NCBI GenBank assembly: GCA_905233255.1
Contig: CAJOCN010000004.1
Span: 12,868 to 76,867, forward strand
Length of the DNA stretch: 64,000 nucleotides
Origin: Paludibacteraceae bacterium
Lineage (GTDB): Bacteria > Bacteroidota > Bacteroidia > Bacteroidales > Paludibacteraceae
Direction of reading: 5' to 3'
Position numbers and translations under genes: made by a program. Below, piece by piece: positions 10,312-19,488 of the stretch. The notes beneath the pieces are model-generated. The model worked only from the letters and a program-made list of their open reading frames with translations, was not told where the DNA came from and searched no databases. Numbering within the stretch: position 1 is the stretch's first letter; each line of letters starts with the position of its first letter.

Positions 10312-11618
10312 AGATCGCTTTTACTACATTAGGATGCAAACTCAATTTTGCGGAGTCCAGTGCCTTGGGTAAGGCACTCTTGGAGCGTGGTCACACGCGT
10401 GCCAAGCAAGGCGAGGAGGCGGATATATGCGTCATCAACACCTGTTCCGTCACGGACGCTGCGGACCATAAGGACCGCCAGATGATCCATCGCATCCGCC
10501 GCAATAACCCGAAGGCCATTCTCATCGTCACGGGTTGCTACGCCCAGCTCAAGCCCGAAGAAATCGCGCATATAGAGGGTGTTGATTATGTCCTTGGTCA
10601 GAACGAGAAATTCAACCTCCCGGCTTTCATCGATAAACTGGAGGCTAATCAGCAATCAGCAATCAGCAATCAGCAATCAGTAATCCACCTCTCCCCAATC
10701 CGCGAGATAGACGATTTCTACGGGGCATACAGCAAGGACGACCGCACGCGGTGCTTCCTCAAGGTGCAGGACGGCTGTAACTATTTCTGCTCCTATTGCA
10801 CCATTCCTCTGGCGCGCGGCAAGAGCCGTAACCCGTCGATCGAATCACTGGTAGAGGAAGCCAAAGAGGCTATCTCCGGCGGCGCGAAGGAGCTTATCCT
10901 GAGCGGTGTGAATATCGGTGATTTCGGGCGGTCCACCAACGAACATTTCATCGACTTGCTCCGTGCGCTGGACAGTATTGAGGGGGATTTTAGGATCCGT
11001 ATATCCAGTTGCGAACCCAACCTGCTGAGCGACGAGATCATTGATTTCGTAGCTGCCAGCCGCCATTTTGCGCCGCATTTCCATATACCTCTCCAGAGCG
11101 GCAGTAACACCGTTCTCAAGATCATGGGACGGCGTTATACGCGCGAGTTGTTCGCCGAACGCGTGGCGCATATCAAGTCCGTCATGCCGCACGCTTTCAT
11201 CGGCGTGGATTGTATGGTGGGAGTTCGCGGCGAGACAGAAGAGTGCTGGGCGGAGTACGTTGATTTTATCAGTTCGTTGGACGTGAGCCAGTTGCATGTC
11301 TTCACCTATTCGGAGCGCGCGAACACGCGGATGTTAGATATGGATCTGATCGTTGTGCAGCAACGCGAGCGGGAGCGCCGCAGCAAACAGCTCCACGCCA
11401 TCTCGGCGGCGAAGACAGAGGCGTTCTACCGCGCCCATGAGGGCTACGAAGCGACCGTCTTATGGGAGGCAAAGAAAGCCGACGGACTCATGTACGGCTT
11501 CACGGAGAACTACATCAAAGTCTCCTGCCCGTACGATAAGGCTAAAGTGAACACGTTTGAGCGCATAATCGTGCCGCGTCCGGATTCGGCAGACATTCCA
11601 ACCGATACACCGGCGTAG
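10308..11618 (+). CDS. mtaB: tRNA methylthiotransferase MtaB (radical SAM MTTase)
   Basis: MKIAFTTLGCKLNFAES opening with the N-terminal Cys triad, and radical SAM CNYFCSYC. ATGA overlap with the upstream stop at 10308-10311. Contains an in-frame AATCAGC heptamer tract. Confidence 0.85.
   Translation: MKIAFTTLGCKLNFAESSALGKALLERGHTRAKQGEEADICVINTCSVTDAADHKDRQMIHRIRRNNPKAILIVTGCYAQLKPEEIAHIEGVDYVLGQNEKFNLPAFIDKLEANQQSAISNQQSVIHLSPIREIDDFYGAYSKDDRTRCFLKVQDGCNYFCSYCTIPLARGKSRNPSIESLVEEAKEAISGGAKELILSGVNIGDFGRSTNEHFIDLLRALDSIEGDFRIRISSCEPNLLSDEIIDFVAASRHFAPHFHIPLQSGSNTVLKIMGRRYTRELFAERVAHIKSVMPHAFIGVDCMVGVRGETEECWAEYVDFISSLDVSQLHVFTYSERANTRMLDMDLIVVQQRERERRSKQLHAISAAKTEAFYRAHEGYEATVLWEAKKADGLMYGFTENYIKVSCPYDKAKVNTFERIIVPRPDSADIPTDTPA
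10647..10685. repeat. Heptamer array AATCAGC x about 5.5 inside mtaB
   Basis: Read directly. Encodes NQQSAISNQQSVI. Confidence 0.95.
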
Positions 11619-12417
11619 TCTCCAGCAGCTGCGCGATCGTCTCGTACAGCCAATCCATCATTTCCGGGCGGATCTTCAGCCCGCTCACGGAGGCTAAGAT
11701 ATACGGGTACGCCTGTGTCATTCTCAGTTTAGATATCTCATTATGCGGCGCTTGGGCTAACTGCACGAGCGCCGCTACCGGTACACTCTCGTTCTTATAA
11801 CACGGCGTCTTTCCCGACCACGGCGTGCCATAGACCGTCACCTGCCCTGCCTCGTCGATACGCACCGCGGGATTATCATCATTGAGCAGCGTGGCATCCT
11901 CAAACGCCGCTTTCCACTGCTGCGAATGGGTGCTCTTGCCGGTGCCGGAATGACCGAGGAACATATACCCTTTGCCGCCACGTACCGTCACGGACGAATG
12001 GAAAAGAAGTGTCTTTTTCCCCGCTGTAGCAAAGGCGAAAGTAAGCATCGCAGCATTGTCTATCGCAAACCGCGCACTCTCGTCCCGCAGGTACAGCCGG
12101 ACATCCCGCCAATCCCCGCTGCAGACCATTGCACTGACAATCTCGCCCTCGCGGCTCATCGACACCGCAAAAAGCCATTCCTCCTCGCGGCGGTACATCT
12201 CTATGCGCGGCATATCGGCATCCGAACTATCGGTATAGAGGTGCTCCCACCCTTCCGTAGAGGGGATCGGTTCATCACTCGCGTGGATGATGAAGAGCGG
12301 CGTCGAGCCACTCGGTGCTATTCTGAAAGGAGCGTAGTTAGGCAGCCGTTGGAGATATTTCTCTTCGGCCTCAATGCCGAACACATAGCCGGCGACTTGG
12401 TAGTATTGTTTCGTCAT
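11542..12417 (-). CDS. HPr-kinase-related P-loop protein (HprK C-terminal-like)
   Basis: P-loop GHSGTGKSTHS in a context resembling the HprK/ScmC-type kinase fold. Assignment is by eye only. The 3' end overlaps the convergent mtaB by 77 nt. Confidence 0.4.
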   Translation of the reverse strand: MTKQYYQVAGYVFGIEAEEKYLQRLPNYAPFRIAPSGSTPLFIIHASDEPIPSTEGWEHLYTDSSDADMPRIEMYRREEEWLFAVSMSREGEIVSAMVCSGDWRDVRLYLRDESARFAIDNAAMLTFAFATAGKKTLLFHSSVTVRGGKGYMFLGHSGTGKSTHSQQWKAAFEDATLLNDDNPAVRIDEAGQVTVYGTPWSGKTPCYKNESVPVAALVQLAQAPHNEISKLRMTQAYPYILASVSGLKIRPEMMDWLYETIAQLLETTPVYRLECLPNPDAARLCAQTCSL

Positions 12418-12422
12418 AATCG

Positions 12423-15179
12423 TTAGAATTCTTTTACTTTACGTCCGCAGAGGGTGAAGAACGGACAGAACGACGGACACTTGCTCTCCTCGCACTGCGG
12501 GTACTCGGTGGCGGTCATGACCTCCTTGAGTTTCGCTTGCAGCGCCTCGTAGAACTCGCTCGCTACTGAACGGTAGTCATGCACCGTCTCGTTCGCCACG
12601 TCGATAGTCGTCACTATCTCTGTCAGTTTGCGACGGCAGAAGAACAGGTTCGGCTCTATCGGCAGCCCCGTCTTATCGGCTTGCATCACCGCGTGGCTGT
12701 ATATCATCGTCTGTCGCATGTAGCCCTTGTCCTCGCTCGCCATCAGATCATCCCAACCGGCAGACATCTTCTGCGTGTGCGTCAGGTCGTTGTACCCGCC
12801 GGACTTGTAATCCACTACGCGGAGCGCCTCGTTCCCTTCCTCGCCGTATATATCCAGACGGTCGATCGTACCGCCTGTCTGCACTTCGCCCACGCCTTCA
12901 ACCTCCACAGGGAAGTACCGTGGCTGCTCCAAGAGGTATATCTGCAGACCCTTTCTCGCATCCTCGCGGTCGCGCTCCAGAATATTCCGCACATAACCTT
13001 TGATAATCACGTTTTCCGCCACGTGCCGCTCAGGCAGGTAATGATCTTCCGTCTCCTCCGGATAGTCCTCGCGCCACTCGTCGTTCATCGCCTGATACGC
13101 CGCCATGAGCGCATCCTGCATCTTCCCTTCGTCCGTCCGCACCGCCTCGATAGCTTCCGGCGTCACTCTTACCGGAGCGGTGTTGTCGCAGTGCATGAAA
13201 CGAGTGTAGATATACTCCATCGCGTGGTGTACAAACGACCCTATCGTGTTGCTCTCGAACTGTCCGTCCTCTTTGTTCTCCTGCCGTTTCAGCCCCTCTA
13301 TATACTGGTGGTAGAACGATCTCGGGCAGGATATATACGTGTTCAGCGCGCTGGGCGAGAGGCGCAACCTGCCCATTGAGGCGAGCGACTCTTTGCGGGG
13401 CTCGACGGGCGTGTAAGCCTGCACGGTGTTCGGCTCTTGCAGCACGCCGCGCGTCACCTCGAACTCGTCCGAATAGAGGATCTGCATGATAAACCGCGAC
13501 ATGCCTCTGCTGCCGCCTATCGTGTCCGGCTGACCGTACAGCAGCGTTGTGTGACCCGAGCGGCTCAACAGTCTGAAGAAGTTATACGCATAGACCGTGG
13601 CGCGCTCGTCCGGGGTCTGCATGTGGTATGTCTTGCGCAGGTAGAACGGTATAAAACTGGTGTCCGCCTGTCGTTGCGGCAGGATTCCCTCGTCCACGTT
13701 CAGTAGCAGCAGCCTGTCGAAATCCAGCAATCGTGTCTCCAGCACACCCATTACCTGTATATCCGTCACCGGCTCGCCGTGGAAAGGCATGGAGACCGCC
13801 TCCATCGCCCTGCGCATCAGCATCCTTAGCAGTTTGAGTGTGAATGGCACATCGCCTAAACCGGTGGCGAGAATGAGCCGCATTTGGTTGATGATCTTAT
13901 GCACCTGGTATTCGGACTCCAACACCAGTAACTCTCGCCAGGTGAGGTCTTGGCAGTCCTCCGCGGGCTGGTCTGCTGCCGTCTCTTCAAACACCGCTTT
14001 CACCAACTCGTCCATGATCGGAGGTCCGACGACCTCATCGGCTTTGCCGCGCGCCTTGTCGTACAGCCACGCCACCACGCGGGCATAGACTGCCGTGTTA
14101 CGGAGCGGAAAACCCTTGGTGATATTCACCGGTTCGGGCGTTTCCTGTCCCTCTAAGGTGATTGCCGGCAGGGCATAGATCACAGGCTCCAGCATCGTCT
14201 CGTCGCAGATCACCACACCCACTTTCTGGCCCTTCGCCGTATAGTTCTCCTCCAGCCACCGGTGCACGTACTGGGCCTGCGCCTCTTTCGACGCACAGCT
14301 CATCACCCTCACCTGCATCTTACCGTCCCGCGTCTCGTGCTTCCCGTTGTCACCTAAGATGCCGCTGTTCAGTCGGGCGAAGGAGAACGCCTTCGTGTTG
14401 GTCTCAAAATCCCGCACGTAGTCCCAATAGAACTGCGCCTGTCCTTGATCGCGGAGCCGCATCATCAGTTCGCGCTCTACCGGCAGCAGGTAGTTGAAGC
14501 CCACGAAGATATATGTTCTACCCTTGATTTTCTGTTGCGTTTCCTCGTCCTCCCAGTGCTCAATCACGGCTCTCTGCCGCAGCCCCGGATAGCCTTTTTG
14601 CTCCGCCTCCATCTCTGCGCGCAGACCCTTGTATAGCACATACAACTGCCGCCAAAGCTCCTCGTACCGGGCTCTCACGGAGTCCTCGCTGTACGACGTC
14701 TGATCCTCGCGGAAGAGCGCTTTGAGACGCGCCTCCACCTCCTCGTCCAACTGCCATTGCTCCAACTCATGGGCAGCAATCGTGTTGTCAAAGAAATTCG
14801 GCACTTCGGCTGCCGGCATGGACGCATCCACGTTCGTAAAATCGGCTATCATCTGCCGTCCCCAACCGTAGAAGAGGTCAAGCGGCATTGGCTCCTCGCC
14901 ATCGTGCATGGATGCGCAATATAACTTATACAGCCGCAGCACGGTGAACAGCTCGTCCTCCGGATAGAGCGGCGAGAGTTCGTCTTGCAGCTGCGTGAGG
15001 GTCTGTACCTGCGGTGCCCAGACGGCTTGCGCGTGTTGTTCCTGTTGCAGTCGCAGCAACTCATCCTTCAGCACTAATCCCGCACGATGGGACGGCAGCA
15101 CAAGCGTCGTGTGCTGTAACTGTTGCCAATCGATACTCGCCAAGATCGATTCCGCCGTTGTTCTCAAGAAACTATCCAT
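12423..15179 (-). CDS. AddB/RexB-like PD-(D/E)XK nuclease subunit of a helicase-nuclease complex
   Basis: 918 aa. C-terminal nuclease region (VVDYKSG) with one upstream Cys (YISCPRSF) and a terminal Cys cluster (QCEESKCPSFCPFFTLC), as in iron-staple AddB nucleases. Overlaps the addA-like gene by 8 nt. Confidence 0.8.
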   Translation of the reverse strand: MDSFLRTTAESILASIDWQQLQHTTLVLPSHRAGLVLKDELLRLQQEQHAQAVWAPQVQTLTQLQDELSPLYPEDELFTVLRLYKLYCASMHDGEEPMPLDLFYGWGRQMIADFTNVDASMPAAEVPNFFDNTIAAHELEQWQLDEEVEARLKALFREDQTSYSEDSVRARYEELWRQLYVLYKGLRAEMEAEQKGYPGLRQRAVIEHWEDEETQQKIKGRTYIFVGFNYLLPVERELMMRLRDQGQAQFYWDYVRDFETNTKAFSFARLNSGILGDNGKHETRDGKMQVRVMSCASKEAQAQYVHRWLEENYTAKGQKVGVVICDETMLEPVIYALPAITLEGQETPEPVNITKGFPLRNTAVYARVVAWLYDKARGKADEVVGPPIMDELVKAVFEETAADQPAEDCQDLTWRELLVLESEYQVHKIINQMRLILATGLGDVPFTLKLLRMLMRRAMEAVSMPFHGEPVTDIQVMGVLETRLLDFDRLLLLNVDEGILPQRQADTSFIPFYLRKTYHMQTPDERATVYAYNFFRLLSRSGHTTLLYGQPDTIGGSRGMSRFIMQILYSDEFEVTRGVLQEPNTVQAYTPVEPRKESLASMGRLRLSPSALNTYISCPRSFYHQYIEGLKRQENKEDGQFESNTIGSFVHHAMEYIYTRFMHCDNTAPVRVTPEAIEAVRTDEGKMQDALMAAYQAMNDEWREDYPEETEDHYLPERHVAENVIIKGYVRNILERDREDARKGLQIYLLEQPRYFPVEVEGVGEVQTGGTIDRLDIYGEEGNEALRVVDYKSGGYNDLTHTQKMSAGWDDLMASEDKGYMRQTMIYSHAVMQADKTGLPIEPNLFFCRRKLTEIVTTIDVANETVHDYRSVASEFYEALQAKLKEVMTATEYPQCEESKCPSFCPFFTLCGRKVKEF

Positions 15180-18100
15180 GTACTTCTCTCAATTCGTTTT
15201 TACGGGCGAACCACAGATAGCCGTGCACAGGGCTGTAGCCCATGCGCCGCAGCGCCTCCATGTATTCGCGCACTTGGGTCAGGTAATGTTCGTCCCATCC
15301 GCCGAACTTATAATCCAGCACGACGGCTTCGTTCGTCTCGGGGTTGATCATCACGCGGTCGGGACGCAACTCACGGTGATCCATGTATATCGCCTCCTCC
15401 AGCCGCAGTTCCCAGGGTTTGGTAAACCAATCCCGCATCTTCGGACTGCCTTCCCACGCCGAGGAGATCAAGTCTCTCAGTTCCTCTCTTTTCTCTTTGG
15501 AACCGATTTCTCCGCGGGTCTCGAAATCGTCCAGCACTGCCTCCAACTCATCGGCTTTGCGGATATGCGCGAAGATTTCGTGGCAGAGCGTGCCTTCGTC
15601 CATCCGCGCCACGCGCCGGTACGCCTCGTCGCCGTAGTCCGTATATAGCGCACCTTCCTGCGATTGCACGAACCGCACGTGGTCACTGTTCGCCCACAGC
15701 TCCGCCTCTACGGCTTCATTTTCAATTTCTAATTTTTCATTTTTAATTTTTAATTCCCCTCTCTCATACCCTTCCTCGCCGGCGAAATCCAGCAGATACT
15801 TACCCACATGGTTGCACACGCCGCGTTTGCCGTCTTTCTTCACCGAATAAGAGGTGTTTACAAACAGGTTGTCCTCGGCTCTCGTCAGCGCCACGTAGAG
15901 CATATTCAGGTTGTCGATCCGCAGGTTCATCTGTTCCTCCGCGTACTCCGCCGCATAGTCCGAATCCGCCATCTCTGTTCCGTAGAGCACCGGCACATAA
16001 TCACCCCGCTCGTCAATCCGAGGGGACACCTCGCACCACACTTTGGGTTTATGCCGTCCGTCCTCTTTCTCCCAGTGGCAGAAAGGCACGAAGAGCGTCT
16101 GCGCCTGCAGTCCCTTGCTCGCATGAATGGTCATGATCTGAATCGCGTTGGTGGCAGTCACGGGAATCGGTTTGGCGTGCATCGTGTCGTCCCAATAAAC
16201 GAGAAAATCCTCAATCGAACTCCCGTACGTACCCACGTACTCGCGCGTGCGGTCCAATAAGGAGTTGAGATACGCCGTTTCGGTGCCTTTATACTGCCCT
16301 TTCTCGTCCGTCAGCAGTACGCGCATCAACTCACTCACCGCCTCATACAGCGGCGTCTTGGCGTTGATTGTTAATTGTAAATTGTGAATTGTAAATTGTG
16401 CATTGTTCACCATCCTCCCCGCCACTTCATCGCCGTGCACCAGGTATCGCAGCGCCGCGATGATGAGTTGCACGTCTGCCGAAGCGTCGAGTTGGAAACT
16501 GTCGGCCGACACCACAGCCGTCTTCGTCAGCAGCGGGAACTGCTCCTCGTCCAACCCGGCTTTCATGTCGGTAATGGCGACAGCCTCCGACCTAAACCGC
16601 ACCAAGACCATCATATCCTCCGGCCGCACACCTCTCTGCAGCAACGCCTCCATCTGCATAAACATATCCGCCGCCAGTTCATCGTCCTTCGCGTTCGGGA
16701 ACGCCTTGAACCGCACATAGCCGCCTTTGTTGTCCGCTTGGTAAAAACTGTCCAGCTTCTCCGGTTTGTATCCCTCGCCGTATATCCGTTCCGCCAATTT
16801 TCCTAATTCGTCATTCGTAATTCGTAATTCGTCATTCGTAATATAGTCAAACAACGCCAAATTGAACTTCACCACCTCTTCGCGGCTTCGGAAATTCCGC
16901 GTCAGCGAGGTGAACCGCTCATTGATGCTCCCTTTGCCTCTAACCTTTCTACTTTCGTCCTTTAATTCTTCCATAATGTGCCAATCGCCGTTGCGCCAGC
17001 GGTAGATGGACTGTTTGATGTCCCCCACGATCAGCAACGTATTACCTGCGCCGGCGAGCACGTCGCGCAGCAGCTGTTCTATTACGCTCCACTGAAGCCG
17101 GCTCGTGTCCTGAAACTCATCGATCAGCACGTGCTTGTAGCGAATACCTGCTTTCTCCAGAATAAAATCCGCATCTCCGGTCTTCAGCGCTTTGCTCAGC
17201 GTGCTTGCCGTACGGGCGAGCAGCGCACTGTTCGCTTCCGCCAAGTCGCGCAGGATAATAGCTTGCAGCGACGCCATCAGCTCCTGATCCCTGCTGAACT
17301 TGATCGTCAGGAAGAGTGTGTTGTATGTCTTTGCCAACTCCTCGGCTATCGCCGTTGCCTGCTCCAACCCTTTCGCCTCTAACCCTTCGCCTATAACCTT
17401 TCCCCCTTCGCCCTTTAGTCCGCGGAAACGGTCTTTGGCAGGCACTTTCTCCGGTTTCTCCACAGACCGCCTCAGCCGGTCGTACGCCGCTTTGGAATAG
17501 CGGTTATAACCTTCGTATTGTGCTTTGCATGTGTCCAGGATAGTCTTCAACTCCTCCACTCGCTCGTCGTTCTGCCACTGCCGCTCTACCTGCTCGCGGC
17601 GACGTTGTATCGCCTTGGCGTCAAAGAGGATCTTACCCTCCGCGTCTAACATCTGCACCGACTCGTTGTACAGCTCTTTGACCATCGCCACCAGACTGCC
17701 GCGCACATCCCACTGGCTCTCCTGATCCAACTTGAGTTGCATGTAGTCCTCTAATATCTCCTTGTCCGCCTCCGTCATCTCCGTGCTCAGCAACTCATCC
17801 ACAGCCTTCCTTATCACATGATCCACATCGAGCTCCGTACTCTGCCCTGCCCCGATGCGCAGCACACCCGCCAAACCCGACAGCAGACTCTGCAGAAACG
17901 AGTCTATCGTCTGTACCTGCACGTTGTCATAGTCTAACAGCATTTTTCGGAAACACTCGCCGGCGCGAGCTCGCAGCACACTCTCCGGCGCACCCGCGTC
18001 ACGAACCATGAACGAACGCGCGTACTCCATGAACTCGCTCTCGCCGCCTTCCGCTATTCCGTGAAGGCGACCGATGATACGCTCGCTCATCTCCGCCGTC

Positions 18101-18252
18101 GCTTTGTTCGTAAAAGTGATAGCGAGGATCGAGCGGTAATCCTCACCCGACAACAGCAGACCCACGTAGTACGCCGCCAGCGTGTACGTCTTTCCCGTTC
18201 CCGCCGATGCCCTGCATATCGTCACCGGCTTATGTATATCTATCAGTTGCAT
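15172..18252 (-). CDS. AddA/RecB-like UvrD-family helicase with C-terminal PD-(D/E)XK nuclease
   Basis: Walker A ASAGTGKTYTL, VLIDEFQDTS (motif II), TIHASKGLQ (motif V/VI region), C-terminal VLDYKFG nuclease motif. I prefer the ATG at 18252 (MQLIDIHKP) to the TTG at 18276. Carries four in-frame short-repeat tracts. Confidence 0.85.
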   Translation of the reverse strand: MQLIDIHKPVTICRASAGTGKTYTLAAYYVGLLLSGEDYRSILAITFTNKATAEMSERIIGRLHGIAEGGESEFMEYARSFMVRDAGAPESVLRARAGECFRKMLLDYDNVQVQTIDSFLQSLLSGLAGVLRIGAGQSTELDVDHVIRKAVDELLSTEMTEADKEILEDYMQLKLDQESQWDVRGSLVAMVKELYNESVQMLDAEGKILFDAKAIQRRREQVERQWQNDERVEELKTILDTCKAQYEGYNRYSKAAYDRLRRSVEKPEKVPAKDRFRGLKGEGGKVIGEGLEAKGLEQATAIAEELAKTYNTLFLTIKFSRDQELMASLQAIILRDLAEANSALLARTASTLSKALKTGDADFILEKAGIRYKHVLIDEFQDTSRLQWSVIEQLLRDVLAGAGNTLLIVGDIKQSIYRWRNGDWHIMEELKDESRKVRGKGSINERFTSLTRNFRSREEVVKFNLALFDYITNDELRITNDELGKLAERIYGEGYKPEKLDSFYQADNKGGYVRFKAFPNAKDDELAADMFMQMEALLQRGVRPEDMMVLVRFRSEAVAITDMKAGLDEEQFPLLTKTAVVSADSFQLDASADVQLIIAALRYLVHGDEVAGRMVNNAQFTIHNLQLTINAKTPLYEAVSELMRVLLTDEKGQYKGTETAYLNSLLDRTREYVGTYGSSIEDFLVYWDDTMHAKPIPVTATNAIQIMTIHASKGLQAQTLFVPFCHWEKEDGRHKPKVWCEVSPRIDERGDYVPVLYGTEMADSDYAAEYAEEQMNLRIDNLNMLYVALTRAEDNLFVNTSYSVKKDGKRGVCNHVGKYLLDFAGEEGYERGELKIKNEKLEIENEAVEAELWANSDHVRFVQSQEGALYTDYGDEAYRRVARMDEGTLCHEIFAHIRKADELEAVLDDFETRGEIGSKEKREELRDLISSAWEGSPKMRDWFTKPWELRLEEAIYMDHRELRPDRVMINPETNEAVVLDYKFGGWDEHYLTQVREYMEALRRMGYSPVHGYLWFARKNELREVHG
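15715..15756. repeat. Degenerate heptamer array (TTCATTT TCAATTT CTAATTT TTCATTT TTAATTT TTAATTC) inside addA
   Basis: Six units, 42 nt (hand count). Encodes LKIKNEKLEIENEA on the minus strand. Confidence 0.85.
16367..16408. repeat. Heptamer array (ATTGTTA ATTGTAA ATTGTGA ATTGTAA ATTGTGC ATTGTTC) inside addA
   Basis: Six units, 42 nt. Encodes NNAQFTIHNLQLTIN on the minus strand. Confidence 0.9.
16804..16842. repeat. Heptamer array (TAATTCG/TCATTCG x about 5.5) inside addA
   Basis: Read directly. Encodes ITNDELRITNDEL on the minus strand. Confidence 0.9.
17368..17418. repeat. Degenerate CCCTTCG/CCTNTAA array inside addA (reverse-complement relative of the AAAGGCG family)
   Basis: Read directly. 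Encodes GLKGEGGKVIGEGLEAKGLE on the minus strand. Confidence 0.8.
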
Positions 18253-18359
18253 GCCTCTAAACCTTTGCGGCTGCAAAGGTACTATAAATTTTTCAATTAT
18301 GCAAGATTTTCAGCAAAAAATATCGCCTGTGCTTGTACAAGCAATTTTTTTATTATGCC

Positions 18360-18434
18360 GGATCGACGATTTTGTGCAGAATCGCAGATTATTTTGTATA
18401 AAATCGCAGATTTTTCTTGCAAGAATCGGAGATT
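18360..18434 (+). promoter_or_regulatory. Phased direct-repeat array (GATCGACGATT, AATCGCAGATT x2, AATCGGAGATT) abutting a promoter
   Basis: Motif starts at 18361, 18380, 18402 and 18424. The last three are exactly 22 nt apart. The array ends 5 nt before the -7 box TAccTTTG at 18440-18447. Confidence 0.5.
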
Positions 18435-18484
18435 TTCCGTACCTTTGCACCCGAAATCGTTTATACAAACAATAGTATTAGTAT

Positions 18485-18622
18485 ATGGACCTGAATCACA
18501 ACTCCAAAGAAGCACCGATTACCACCGAGGTGTCGAGTGCCGGCAATGTGCAGAAGAAGTACTATACGGCAGACGAAGCTATCGCCTTCCTTGAGCCGCG
18601 TATCCGTGCTATGTTCCAATGA
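18485..18622 (+). CDS. Possible 45-aa small protein (MDLNHNSKEAPITTEVSSAGNVQKKYYTADEAIAFLEPRIRAMFQ)
   Basis: ATG about 38 nt downstream of a TAccTTTG -7 box. It is followed by copy 1 of the 84-nt repeat, which contains a terminator. Too short for the ORF track and no family recognised. Confidence 0.3.
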   Translation: MDLNHNSKEAPITTEVSSAGNVQKKYYTADEAIAFLEPRIRAMFQ

Positions 18623-18716
18623 AAGAAGTCGTTCACACGCAGCAGGCTCTTTTGCAAATAGGTCATTTATTGGACATTTGTTTATAACCCTCGTCACTCA
18701 CTGACGTTAAACAGGA

Positions 18717-18800
18717 CCAGGTCTGACCTCACCGACAGCGTAAAAAAGCGGTGAATAATTTTATATACAGAGTTTCGGGAACGAGGCTCTGTTTTTTTGT
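18717..18800 (+). repeat. Copy 1 of an 84/85-nt direct repeat (contains an AGGTCTGACCT palindrome, a TCACCG/CGGTGA stem and a terminator)
   Basis: Matches 19489-19573 with two substitutions and a one-T length difference (hand alignment). Confidence 0.9.
18768..18798 (+). terminator. Intrinsic terminator inside repeat copy 1
   Basis: CAGAGTTTCG-GGAA-CGAGGCTCTG (10-bp stem including two G-U pairs, GGAA loop) followed by T7. Confidence 0.7.
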
Positions 18801-18863
18801 GCCTGCTTTTCAGCCCGTAGATGCATCAAAATTTGTAAAAATCAAAAATACTTTCCTATATAC

Positions 18864-18894
18864 TTGCGTATTTCAAAAATTATTTGTAATTTTG
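18864..18894 (+). promoter_or_regulatory. Bacteroidetes-type promoter for the DUF4160/DUF2442 pair
   Basis: cTTG at 18864-18866, then a 20-nt A-rich spacer, then TAatTTTG at 18887-18894. ATG follows at 18923. Confidence 0.6.
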
Positions 18895-18922
18895 CAGCGC
18901 AAAATCATTAAACACGGAATGT

Positions 18923-19225
18923 ATGCCAAAGATTTTTGAATATTTCGGATTTGTCTTTTTCTTTTATTCGAATGAACATGAGCCTATCCATGTGCATGTC
19001 ACCCATAAAGGATGTCAAAGTATTTTTGAACTTATCATGGACAATGGCATTTTAGTAGAGATTCGTGTTCGCGAGAAGGCAGGGGAAGAACCGTTGTCAT
19101 CCAAGGATCAAAAGACAGCCGAGGAATTTATTCGGAAATACAGCAAGAATATAATCACCAAATGGATTAAATTCTTTGTTTTAAGACAGGCAGTAAAGAG
19201 TACAACCATTAAAACCAAATTATAA
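18923..19225 (+). CDS. DUF4160 family protein
   Basis: Opening MPKIFEYFGFVFFFYSNEHEPIHVHV matches the DUF4160 signature (FYxNDHxPxHxH). Confidence 0.8.
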   Translation: MPKIFEYFGFVFFFYSNEHEPIHVHVTHKGCQSIFELIMDNGILVEIRVREKAGEEPLSSKDQKTAEEFIRKYSKNIITKWIKFFVLRQAVKSTTIKTKL

Positions 19226-19227
19226 CT

Positions 19228-19482
19228 ATGAACAGACTTTATATAATAGGAGCAAAAGATGCGGGTAACTGTACTGTGGATTTGCAGTTTAGCGACCAAA
19301 CGACCCGCCGAGTAGATATAGGTGACTTCATCCGTCGTCACCCTCATCCGCAATATAATAAATATCTTGACCCTCGCCATTTCCGCCGCTTCGAAATTGA
19401 GGACGGTAATATTGTCTGGGGCAAGAATTGGGATTTGGTATTCCCGGTAGAACAGTTACACGCAGGTGTAATTGAAGATTAG
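19228..19482 (+). CDS. DUF2442 family protein
   Basis: 84 aa, 2 nt after the DUF4160 stop. Has a DUF2442-like layout (VDLQFSDQTTRRVDI ... IVWGKNWDLVFPVEQL). DUF4160 and DUF2442 genes commonly occur as a pair. Confidence 0.75.
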   Translation: MNRLYIIGAKDAGNCTVDLQFSDQTTRRVDIGDFIRRHPHPQYNKYLDPRHFRRFEIEDGNIVWGKNWDLVFPVEQLHAGVIED

Positions 19483-19488
19483 TGCTAT

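Noticed and set aside
12423-18252. UvrD-helicase plus PD-(D/E)XK nuclease pair as a defence system (Gabija- or Hachiman-like)
   Set aside because: Size, motif order, the iron-staple Cys cluster, flank-like G+C content and the two-gene overlap fit the housekeeping AddAB/RexAB recombination complex.
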